From Cyanobacteriota bacterium (GTDB lineage Bacteria > Cyanobacteriota > Vampirovibrionia > JBFMGH01), in assembly GCA_040752795.1 (NCBI GenBank), contig JBFMGH010000646.1, forward strand, positions 1 through 59,375: a DNA stretch of 59,375 nt, read 5' to 3'. Shown one piece after another: positions 51,677-59,375 of this stretch. The notes under the pieces are model-generated. The model saw only the letters and a program-made list of their open reading frames with translations, was not told where the DNA came from and searched no databases. Position 1 is the stretch's first letter. Every line of letters starts with the position of its first letter. Made by a program: the position numbers and the translations under genes.

Positions 51677-52750
51677 TTACACTGTTTTTAGTTGACGTTT
51701 TTCCTTTAAATTGTAAACAAATAATAGAATTTCTGCTACTGCTTTGTAAAGTTCAGGTGGAATTTCTCTGTTTAGGTCGACAAGTCTGAATAAAGCACGA
51801 GCAACAGGAATGTTTTCAATAACAGGAATATTATGGTTTTTAGCTATGTCTACAATCTTCTTTGCAAATAATTCAGACCCTTTTGCTACCACCTGAGGAG
51901 CTTCCATGTTATCTTTATCGTATTTAACAGCTACAGCAATATGAGTAGGATTAGTAATAATGACATCAGCTTCTGGAACAGCTTCTAACATAGCTTGTTG
52001 TAGCATTTGCATACGTCTTTGTCTTAAAGCGGCTTTAACATGTGGATCACCTTCAGTGTTTTTATATTCGTCTTTAATTTCTTTGAAAGACATTTTCTGG
52101 TCTTGAAGGAATTTCCATCTCTGAAAAAGGAAGTCACCGCCTGAGATAACGAGGAAAAATATACCGGATCTAATTACAAATATGATTAAGGTATCACCTA
52201 GTTCCTGCATCATTGCAAAAACAGAGTCAGTAGCTCCTAGCATTAGTATTTTGGGTAAGTGCTCCTGAAAAGTGATCCATCCGATAAACCCCATTACAGT
52301 AACTTTGAGAATGTTCTTTATTAATTCTACCAAAGTTTTGCTAGAAAAGATATTTTTTAACCCTTTAACCGGATTTATTTTGTCAGCTTTGGGTATCAAA
52401 GGTTTTGTAGTAAATAGAGGTCCAACCTGGAAGAAATCTGCTAGAGATGCAGATAAAAAGGCCATAAATAAAACGGGCCCTATAATTAATATAAAAGGAA
52501 TCAGGGTTATTAAGAGTAGGTACAAATAACCAATTTCTTCTGCATCTTTGTTTGGAATCTGTTCATATAAGAGCTGAAAGAGTTGTGAAATCTGATACCA
52601 GATTGCAGGCGCAATGTAGTAGAGCATGGTAAACATAATAATTAGAGAAAAGGCCATAGAAGCGTCTTTACTCTTTATTACCTGCCCTTCTTTTCGAGCA
52701 TTTTGAAGTTTTTGTGGAGTTGCCTCGAATTGCTTGTCTTCGTCACCCAT
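51677..52750 (-). CDS. flhB: Flagellar type III export switch protein FlhB
   Basis: 357-aa ORF. The N-terminus is EATPQKLQNARKEGQV, followed by 4 TMs and the autocleavage motif NPTH in VIITNPTHIAVAVKYD. Confidence 0.9.
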   Translation of the reverse strand: MGDEDKQFEATPQKLQNARKEGQVIKSKDASMAFSLIIMFTMLYYIAPAIWYQISQLFQLLYEQIPNKDAEEIGYLYLLLITLIPFILIIGPVLFMAFLSASLADFFQVGPLFTTKPLIPKADKINPVKGLKNIFSSKTLVELIKNILKVTVMGFIGWITFQEHLPKILMLGATDSVFAMMQELGDTLIIFVIRSGIFFLVISGGDFLFQRWKFLQDQKMSFKEIKDEYKNTEGDPHVKAALRQRRMQMLQQAMLEAVPEADVIITNPTHIAVAVKYDKDNMEAPQVVAKGSELFAKKIVDIAKNHNIPVIENIPVARALFRLVDLNREIPPELYKAVAEILLFVYNLKEKRQLKTV

Positions 52751-53319
52751 GTAAGCCTGCGCCTAGATTAGTTAGTAAACTTTAACCATACTATTATCAT
52801 TATACTTTTATCTGATCATAAAGAAAAAAACGTTTCGTGTAGCTTTAAGCATCTTTATTTGAAGTTGTCTAAAATATGCTAATAACAAATTAATCAAGAT
52901 TTTAATATGATATAAATTAATGTTCATAGCTGATAATGTTAGCTTATTTTGTATTTTTAAATACTTAGAATGCCTGCGATACTTCTTTATACTAGTTAAA
53001 CAGTTTTTGATATGCTTAAAATAGAAAAATTTCTTTTTAAACATTTCCTTAACAAAAATAATGGTTAATTAATCTTGTAAAAATTTAGTAACGCAATCGT
53101 TTACTATGTTGAGCTTAAATTCACAATTTAAGTGAATTTTGGATAAATAATGTCTTGATTTGTAAATGTTAAAATTATTAAGTTCTACTAAACCCCTGTT
53201 AATCCTTGCTATTGCTGAAGTGTTAAAAATGTTATGCTTCAAATACCACTGTTCTTGTATTATACTTACCACTTAGAGAGACATTGTTACTGAGAGAGAT
53301 TAAATAGGCACTTATAATT

Positions 53320-54183
53320 ATGTTTAATGTTACATTGAATAAGGTGAACCCTTTTGTAGTAGGTTTACCCACCCCCAAACAAGAATTAAAAACTTTGCCA
53401 GCAAAGATCAGCACTAATCCATCATTTGCTAGTTATACCTCAGAACACGTTAAGGCTAATTTTTTACCATCACTAGCTTTCACAGGTGTTCATAAAGATG
53501 CTGTTATAGGTATAGAAACTAAAATAGTTGGTATAAGTAATTATCAAAAAGAGGCAGATGCTGTTAAATTCAGATTTCTACATAGAGAACAAAGAGGAGA
53601 GAAGGAAAAAATTCAGCTTGAGCTTAGAAGAGAACCTGATAATTCTAAAGATAAAAATGCTATAGCTGTTTATCATGTGTATAAAGGGAAGTCCGGCAAG
53701 CTTGGTCATATACCAGCTAGTATGGCGAAAAATGTTGCTCCTCTTATGGACAAAGGCTATAAATTTGAAGCTGGAGTAGTTAATGTTGGTGGTAAATTTA
53801 TCGGCCATAAAAGCCCTTATACAGGTATAAGAATAAGACTTGAATATGTTACCAGCCCTGATAGATCACCAAACCTGAAAAAAGTTAAAACTGTGAAAAA
53901 AGCTTTTAAAAATTGCTTGCAGAATGGTTCGGCTCTAAAATATAGAGAAGAACTTATTTATAATTCAAAAGAATTAGATGGTGCGGCTAAAATGAGAGTA
54001 GATACAGAGAGGTCTGAAGTTACTATCTATAGAAAAGGCTGGCAGCAATTAAAAGGTGACCTGAAAGAAGATACAGATTTGTATAATAGCCGTAATCACC
54101 AGCAAAGCGAGAAATTTGTTGACCACTCTAAAAATGCAGTGGATGTATTAGCTAAAAAGCTTAAGGCCTTACAGGAAAAATAA
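53320..54183 (+). CDS. HIRAN-domain protein
   Basis: 287-aa ORF. KIVGISNYQ...IQLELRREPDNSKDKNAIAVYH...KLGHIPASMAKNVAPLMDKGYKFEAGV follows the HIRAN pattern (VG-x-x-Y ... L-x-R-E-P-x-N-x-x-D-x-N-A-I-x-V ... G-h-h-P-x-x-h-A-x-x-L-x-P-L-h-D). Confidence 0.6.
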   Translation: MFNVTLNKVNPFVVGLPTPKQELKTLPAKISTNPSFASYTSEHVKANFLPSLAFTGVHKDAVIGIETKIVGISNYQKEADAVKFRFLHREQRGEKEKIQLELRREPDNSKDKNAIAVYHVYKGKSGKLGHIPASMAKNVAPLMDKGYKFEAGVVNVGGKFIGHKSPYTGIRIRLEYVTSPDRSPNLKKVKTVKKAFKNCLQNGSALKYREELIYNSKELDGAAKMRVDTERSEVTIYRKGWQQLKGDLKEDTDLYNSRNHQQSEKFVDHSKNAVDVLAKKLKALQEK

Positions 54184-54368
54184 TACATTTCTGAATCTGA
54201 ATGAATTTTGATTTATAAGAAAAATCACTTTGCATACTTTTCGCCTGGTGTTTAATTTGTAATTCTTTATCTGGCTACCTTTCTTTGTAAACACTGTATT
54301 TTAAAATATGTGTGTAATATCATTTTTATGTAAGTTAAGTTAAATAGTAAGTAAGATCGACAGTTGCC

Positions 54369-56009
54369 ATGGAATCAAAAAACATAGTTCTATTGACAGT
54401 AGCACCCCATAAAAAAAGTTTTGTTCCGGTGAATGATAAAAGAATACCCCTAAATATTGCTGTGTTGTTAGGGTTGTTAAACTCTCAGGGGTATAATGTA
54501 AACCTTATAGATAATTACCTTAAAGAAAATAATTGGCTAGATGAAATTGAAAAATCTTCAGTAGACTATGTTGGGCTATATTTAATTCATGAGTGCTGGG
54601 GAAATGCTCAAAACTATCTAAATGAGCTTAAATCTATTAAGAATGTTGACGGTAATGATAGGTTTAAAATTATTGTTTTTGGCCCGTTTGCTACTTTAAA
54701 TCCAGAATTAATACCTGATGGTGTTGATTTTGTTATAACAGGTTGCTTTGAGTCTGCTTTCGAGAGTATTTTAGAAGGTAAAGTGGAAGATAAAGTAATT
54801 CTCGGGCAATTACCTGATAATTTGGATAATCTTGTTCGACCCTATTGGGAGAATTTTATTCCGGAAGGGAATCCTTTAGATTGTGAATATGATCTTACTG
54901 AAGTTGCACTGGGTAATATATTTCCTGTTTTTGATTTAAAAACTGTAAAAGGTAAACAAAATAATCTTAATTATTGTTTTGCAAAAGATATACAGAATAA
55001 TTCTGCGTGTTACATGTCAGCATCTAAAATAATTGAATATATTGAGTATCTGATTAATAACTATGATGCTAAAGGTTTGAGAATACTAGATTATAACTTT
55101 GCAAGTAATAAAGATAGATTAATAGAATTTTGTTCTTTAATGATAGAGTCAGGATTAAAATTATCCTGGATGTGTAACATAAAACCCGGGTCAGTTGATA
55201 AAAAATTGCTCTCGTTGATGAAAGAAGCCGGTTGTAGTGCAATAAAAATTTCTGCAGATTCAGGAAGTCAGCGTATTCTTGATTATATTAATGCTGAATT
55301 TGATGTTAATAATATCAAAGAATTAATAAAAATTGCTAAAGATCTTAATATAAAAACAAAAATAAAGATAATATATGGCTGGCCAACTGAGTCAGAACTT
55401 GATCGCAAGCAAACAGAAGTTTTGATAGAATGGTCTAAAGCAGATTATACAGATGTAAGAATTTTTGTAGGGATACCCAAGACATTTTTATGTGATGAAG
55501 TACTTAATTTTCCCCACAGAATAGATGAAAATGGCCTTATTATACCCTATCAATGGGAATCTATAGCAAAAAAATATTTAGGTATTAGTTCATATTCAGG
55601 AGATTATTCAGATAAGCCGATTGTTTCTAATCCTATTCCTTCTGTAATGTTCTATAAGAAGAAAGATTACATTGAAGATAAACTTAATTTAATTAATTCA
55701 ATACCACTTAAAAAGAAAATATATTTCTATGGTGCTGGTGAACTGGCAAAAAGCTTTGTGAAAAAATATAAAATAGCAGAATACAATATTAAAGGTTTTT
55801 TTGATAACGATTTATCTAAGTGTGGCAAGTTTAGGCCTACTAAATTTACTATTTATCACGAATCAGAGATTAAAAAACTTGCTCCTGACTATATTTTTAT
55901 TACCATGGCCTCAAAAGAAGATAGTATTAAAGTTAAAAATGCTATTATGTCTGATTTAAGCATTCTTAAAAAGCCTGAAATATATAGTATTTTTTATGAA
56001 GAACTCTAG
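54369..56009 (+). CDS. B12-binding-like / radical-SAM-like protein with a degenerate cluster motif and a C-terminal Rossmann-like domain
   Basis: 546-aa ORF. The N-terminal flavodoxin-like region is followed by an Elp3-type core (AGCSAIKISADSGSQRILDYINAEFDV ... IIYGWPTES). At the CX3CX2C position it reads KGKQNNLNYCF (54948-54980). The C-terminus KKIYFYGAGELAKSF...GFFDND is NeuD/PglD-N-like. Confidence 0.6.
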   Translation: MESKNIVLLTVAPHKKSFVPVNDKRIPLNIAVLLGLLNSQGYNVNLIDNYLKENNWLDEIEKSSVDYVGLYLIHECWGNAQNYLNELKSIKNVDGNDRFKIIVFGPFATLNPELIPDGVDFVITGCFESAFESILEGKVEDKVILGQLPDNLDNLVRPYWENFIPEGNPLDCEYDLTEVALGNIFPVFDLKTVKGKQNNLNYCFAKDIQNNSACYMSASKIIEYIEYLINNYDAKGLRILDYNFASNKDRLIEFCSLMIESGLKLSWMCNIKPGSVDKKLLSLMKEAGCSAIKISADSGSQRILDYINAEFDVNNIKELIKIAKDLNIKTKIKIIYGWPTESELDRKQTEVLIEWSKADYTDVRIFVGIPKTFLCDEVLNFPHRIDENGLIIPYQWESIAKKYLGISSYSGDYSDKPIVSNPIPSVMFYKKKDYIEDKLNLINSIPLKKKIYFYGAGELAKSFVKKYKIAEYNIKGFFDNDLSKCGKFRPTKFTIYHESEIKKLAPDYIFITMASKEDSIKVKNAIMSDLSILKKPEIYSIFYEEL

Positions 56010-56177
56010 AAATAATTAAAAATAAACTTTTTTTAGATTTTGTTAACTTTGGTTGTTTTGATTAGTTTGGTTGGTAACAAGTAACACATATGTATTGATA
56101 TTTTATTCTTTTATCATTATTTGAATTTACTATAATTGTAGAAATTAGATGAATTATAAGTATTCATAAAGATCTTT

Positions 56178-57179
56178 CTATATACCTAAAGCTTTAATAA
56201 CTGAATCTACTGATATTTTTTCCATACAGGGTGAATAAAGTTTATTTTCTTTTATATATGGACAATTTTTTCTTTCACAAGCCAGACAGTTGTGGTTACT
56301 TTGAATTATTTCATGTCCTCTACCAAATAATCCTCTTTTGTTTATATTTGTTGGACCATATAAACCAATAACTTTTGGTCCTACAGCTGTAGCTATATGT
56401 GACGAACCTGTATCTCCTCCAATAACCAGCATACATAAGGATAAAATACCTGTTGTTTGAGCAATACTTAATTTGCCACAAAAATTTCTAATTTTGTTTT
56501 TATTGACTAATTGTAATTCTGTTGCCAGTTTTGTTTCATTAGTTCCGCCCAGTATTATTACATTTAAACCTCTTTTATTACATATATAATTCAATAATTG
56601 TTTCCAGTGTTCTTTAGGCCATAATTTATGCTTACTTTTTCTTCCTGCTCCCGGTATTATTCCTATAGCATGTGTGATATTTTCTTTTTCCATTGTATGT
56701 TTTGACCATTTTTCAATTTCTTTATTGAGATAAAGTTTTAGATCTTTAGGTAGTTCTATCTCAGGTATAACAGGTTGAATGGTGTTATAGAAGTTTTTAA
56801 CAACATGAATATGATCTTGATTTCTACTAGGCTTGAATTCTGAATAAGTTAGTGTAAATTTTTTATTGATAACAGCGGAGAAAAGTAAAGTTTTAAAAGT
56901 AGGTTGAAAATTTACTATTAAATCATAATTTTCTTCAGAAAGTTTTAAAGCTAGCCTGAAAATACCATCTAAAGTTGGATCGTCTAAAGAAATAACCTGA
57001 TGTAAATAGATGTCATTATTAAGTAATTCTTGTAAAAGAGAACTTGTTAAATAATCTATATCAATGTTTTTAAAATTTTGTCTAATCATTTGATAAGCAG
57101 CTGTTGTATGTACAACATCACCTATATTTCCAAATCTTATGAAAAGAATTTTTCTTATGTCTTGATATTTGTTGTACAT
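56178..57179 (-). CDS. Glycosyltransferase family 9 (LPS heptosyltransferase-like)
   Basis: 333-aa ORF. ILFIRFGNIGDVVHTTAAY and GGDTGSSHIATAVGPKVIGLYGPTN are the GT9 signatures. Confidence 0.8.
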   Translation of the reverse strand: MYNKYQDIRKILFIRFGNIGDVVHTTAAYQMIRQNFKNIDIDYLTSSLLQELLNNDIYLHQVISLDDPTLDGIFRLALKLSEENYDLIVNFQPTFKTLLFSAVINKKFTLTYSEFKPSRNQDHIHVVKNFYNTIQPVIPEIELPKDLKLYLNKEIEKWSKHTMEKENITHAIGIIPGAGRKSKHKLWPKEHWKQLLNYICNKRGLNVIILGGTNETKLATELQLVNKNKIRNFCGKLSIAQTTGILSLCMLVIGGDTGSSHIATAVGPKVIGLYGPTNINKRGLFGRGHEIIQSNHNCLACERKNCPYIKENKLYSPCMEKISVDSVIKALGI

Positions 57180-58063
57180 AGTTTATGCTCTATATAATCT
57201 GCTAATAAACTGCTTATTTTAAAACCTGCTTCTGTTTCAACTTTTTCAAAACCAGGAGTTGAATTTATTTCTATAATTTTAGGACCTCCATCAGTTATTA
57301 AAAAATCTATACTGCAAAAATTTAAATCAAAATAACTTGCAGCTTTTAAAGCAATATTTTCTATAAGTGTATTAATTTTATAAAGTTTCATTGTTCCGCC
57401 ACAATGTGTATTAGACCTAAAATCAAAAAAATTTATTCTTTGAGTGGCTCCTATGACGGATTTATTTAAAACATAAACTCTTATATCAGAGTATTTAGGA
57501 GATGTTTCAAAATACTCTTGCAATATAATATCCTCTTCTAAAAGGCTCATAGTATCAATAATAGATCGAAGAGTATTAATATTATCTGCAATCATTACTC
57601 CTTTACCCTGAGAACCTCTTGTTAGCTTTATAATAATAGGAAAACCGTTAAGATTATTTAATATATAATCAAGGTTTTGAGTTGTTTTAACAAGAGTTGT
57701 TTTAGCTGTAGGTAGTTTACATTGAACTAGTTTGTTATATATTATTAGTTTATTTCTGCAATTTAAAAGGCCCTTATAAGAATTAAGAACTTTAAATCCT
57801 TTTTCTTCTAGTGCCTGAACTACATAAAGACCATAAAAATGTGATGCTGAACCTATACGAGGTATTATAAAATCTGTTTTATCAATTAATTTACCTTCAT
57901 AAAGAACAAAAGAATTATTTCCTTCAATATGCACATTACATTCTAAAGGATTTATTACTTTTGCTTCTATACCACGTCTGTTTAATTCTTTTAATATAAT
58001 TTCTGTAGAATAAATCCAGGGGCTTTTAGATAAAACTATTACATTCATTTTTTTCCGGCTCAA
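57155..58063 (-). CDS. rimK: RimK-family ATP-grasp alpha-L-glutamate ligase
   Basis: 302-aa ORF with FPIIIKLTRGSQGKGVMIA, ILQEYFETS..SDIRVYVLN, FRSNTHCGG and SIDFLITDGGPKIIEINSTPGF. Its 3' end overlaps the GT9 start by 25 nt. Confidence 0.8.
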   Translation of the reverse strand: MSRKKMNVIVLSKSPWIYSTEIILKELNRRGIEAKVINPLECNVHIEGNNSFVLYEGKLIDKTDFIIPRIGSASHFYGLYVVQALEEKGFKVLNSYKGLLNCRNKLIIYNKLVQCKLPTAKTTLVKTTQNLDYILNNLNGFPIIIKLTRGSQGKGVMIADNINTLRSIIDTMSLLEEDIILQEYFETSPKYSDIRVYVLNKSVIGATQRINFFDFRSNTHCGGTMKLYKINTLIENIALKAASYFDLNFCSIDFLITDGGPKIIEINSTPGFEKVETEAGFKISSLLADYIEHKLCTTNIKT

Positions 58064-58162
58064 GTTAAATACAGTGGTTTTTCATGTTTTTTATTCTGAT
58101 TACTTATTATTACTTACTAATAAGAACAAAAACAATTTACTTATTTGTTTACTGATTAAATA

Positions 58163-59375
58163 TTATTTTCTTCTTTTACCTTCTATTTGATCTAAAAGAG
58201 CTTCTGTTAAGGTTGAAAATTGTTTATTGTTAAATAATTTTAAATTACAATGGTCTGCTTCAAAAGTAAAAGAAGGAATGTTATAAGTATCTAAAAGTCT
58301 TTTAGATAATCCATAATAATTATCACTATTTCTTTTACAACTTACAGAATGATGAAAAATAATTCCATCCGCAGACCATTGTTGTACTAAATTTATAATA
58401 AAAAGTTCTTTTTCATTATCTGTAAGATTAATAAATAAATGAGTATAAGCTTTAGCCAGGCTCTCTATGGGGTCATTTTCATCTAAATCAAAAACCCAGC
58501 TTGATGCATATATTGAATTTACTAAAGAAGTATTTAAACTACTGAACAAGGTTGACATATATTTTAATCTACCCCATACAGGTAAACCTGCCCAGATTAA
58601 TCGATACTGATCTTTTTTTCTTTCTGTAGACTCTTGTTTAATCTGTTCTTTTAACTCTTTTAATAGCAATAGATAAAAATCATTTGCTTTTAATTCACCT
58701 CTAAAAAATACACTTGCTGCCATAAAATTACAATGGTCAAAGAAAGTAATTGGTACAGGATTTATTTTGTTTAAATTTAATATTTCCTGCCATAACTTGC
58801 TACATTCATTAGAATTTGTAACTATTTCTTTTAAATAATCTCTGTTTAGTTTTATATTAAAGTCTTTTTCAATATTTTCTATTAAGTTTTCTATTTGTTT
58901 TACTACACATTCAATAATAATTTTATTATTTTTATTTATACTGTGTGGTGTTTCTATTCCATAAATAGGTACTTTATAAAAACTAGCATAAAAATTTAAC
59001 CATTGTTTTATTTCTATACATTGATTTGTATTATAAACGATTAAATCTGGTTTAGGAGGTAATTTAAAATCTGATAGAGGAGAATTCTGTCTTAAATAAG
59101 ATCCAGTATCAGTTAACATATAACTGCAACAATTCTCAGAATAACCTTTAGTTTTTAATGTTTCTTGAATATTTAATAATTCAAGTCTTTTACTACCTAT
59201 GATAACAGCATGATTTTCTGGAAAAAATAATTTAAAACCAAAAGCTTTTAATATTTCTACAGGGGCCATACTTGATACATAAGCTACTTTAGAAGATTTA
59301 TTAAGGTTAAAATTATCTAAAAAATTTAATTTTAAATTTTTTAAAATATCTTTTGGTAGTTGTTGTTGATTAGTT
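58163..59375 (-). CDS. 2-hydroxyacyl-CoA dehydratase (HgdB/BcrB/BadD) family protein, 5' end beyond the window
   Basis: APVEILKAFGFKLFFPENHA is the typical family N-terminal region. The reading frame upstream of the track Met (59269) stays open to the window edge (TNQQQLPKDILKNLKLNFLDNFNLNKSSKVAYVSS-MAPVE), so the true start is probably outside the window. Confidence 0.65.
   Translation of the reverse strand, partial: TNQQQLPKDILKNLKLNFLDNFNLNKSSKVAYVSSMAPVEILKAFGFKLFFPENHAVIIGSKRLELLNIQETLKTKGYSENCCSYMLTDTGSYLRQNSPLSDFKLPPKPDLIVYNTNQCIEIKQWLNFYASFYKVPIYGIETPHSINKNNKIIIECVVKQIENLIENIEKDFNIKLNRDYLKEIVTNSNECSKLWQEILNLNKINPVPITFFDHCNFMAASVFFRGELKANDFYLLLLKELKEQIKQESTERKKDQYRLIWAGLPVWGRLKYMSTLFSSLNTSLVNSIYASSWVFDLDENDPIESLAKAYTHLFINLTDNEKELFIINLVQQWSADGIIFHHSVSCKRNSDNYYGLSKRLLDTYNIPSFTFEADHCNLKLFNNKQFSTLTEALLDQIEGKRRK

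Noticed and set aside
52808-53414. Track ORFs 52808..53044 (-), 53069..53272 (-) and 53232..53414 (-) in the flhB/HIRAN intergenic region
   Set aside because: They have K/I/N/F-rich translations typical of random AT-rich sequence, no SD, and non-ATG or poorly placed starts. One of them overlaps the HIRAN gene start. I treat them as non-coding promoter region.
16602-54183. Shared N-terminal h-S/A-F-[KAT]-[GA] motif in otherwise unrelated hypothetical proteins (SVSFKGV in 16602..18035, KVSFAAA in 38025..38375, SLAFTGV in 53320..54183) as a possible secretion or sorting tag
   Set aside because: The motif is only 4-5 residues long, sits at variable distance from the N-terminus, and has only three instances. 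I cannot distinguish it from chance without a genome-wide enrichment test.
54369-59375. Calling the right-hand cluster a compositionally distinct (horizontally acquired) island
   Set aside because: My hand counts are inconsistent. I got about 24% GC in 58201-58300, about 33% in 57201-57260 and about 28% in a TamB-like sample. The apparent shift is within the window's normal range and needs a proper sliding-window and codon-usage calculation.
1-59375. Mobile genetic elements, prophage, CRISPR-Cas, toxin-antitoxin or known defence systems
   Set aside because: I found no transposase, integrase, recombinase, phage structural, cas or recognisable TA or defence genes in any frame. The only mobile-like feature is the small three-copy intergenic repeat.

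Overview
This is an AT-rich, densely coding bacterial chromosomal window with about 55 supportable CDS. I found no rRNA, tRNA, CRISPR array, transposase or integrase.

Recognisable content, left to right:
- a HerA-like giant protein carrying a Q/P-rich tandem repeat array
- an AsmA/TamB-like 1480-aa envelope protein
- a four-subunit 2-oxoacid:ferredoxin oxidoreductase operon, in alpha-beta-gamma-delta order
- a LolC/E-type permease and a DUF89 protein
- a late flagellar block: flagellin, FlaG, FliS, a FliT-like ORF and a cytoplasmic histidine kinase
- DnaE and a GH38 alpha-mannosidase
- a sigma-70-family sigma factor next to a 1281-aa zinc-finger anti-sigma-like protein
- pyrimidine-nucleoside phosphorylase
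- a chemosensory cluster: tandem-CheW, REC-GAF-GGDEF, MCP and a CheA-REC hybrid
- CcdA, a thioredoxin-like protein and a HEAT-repeat protein
- FlhB and FliA
- a HIRAN protein
- a right-hand cluster: radical-SAM-like protein, GT9 heptosyltransferase, RimK ligase and a 2-hydroxyacyl-CoA-dehydratase-like protein

The gene content suggests a motile, anaerobic diderm: flagella, TamB/Lol/GT9 envelope genes, ferredoxin-dependent oxidoreductase and PBS-lyase-type HEAT proteins. It may be related to non-photosynthetic cyanobacterial relatives. That placement is inference only.

The most unusual observations:
1. A HerA-family NTPase with eroded catalytic motifs, fused to eight HH-I-P-D-D-E-F repeats and a PcrA/UvrD-type C-terminal Tudor-like domain.
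2. A sigma factor paired with a giant protein that combines an HX3CX2C anti-sigma motif, a roughly 600-aa hyper-acidic linker, one TM segment and a TonB-C-like domain.
3. A Wsp-like chemosensory to c-di-GMP module with a fused double CheW, and no CheR or CheB in view.
4. A roughly 80-nt intergenic repeat family present three times, with an outward-facing extended -10 at its terminus.
5. A B12/radical-SAM-like protein whose CX3CX2C motif has lost two of its three cysteines.
6. Two unannotated small ORFs found by hand.
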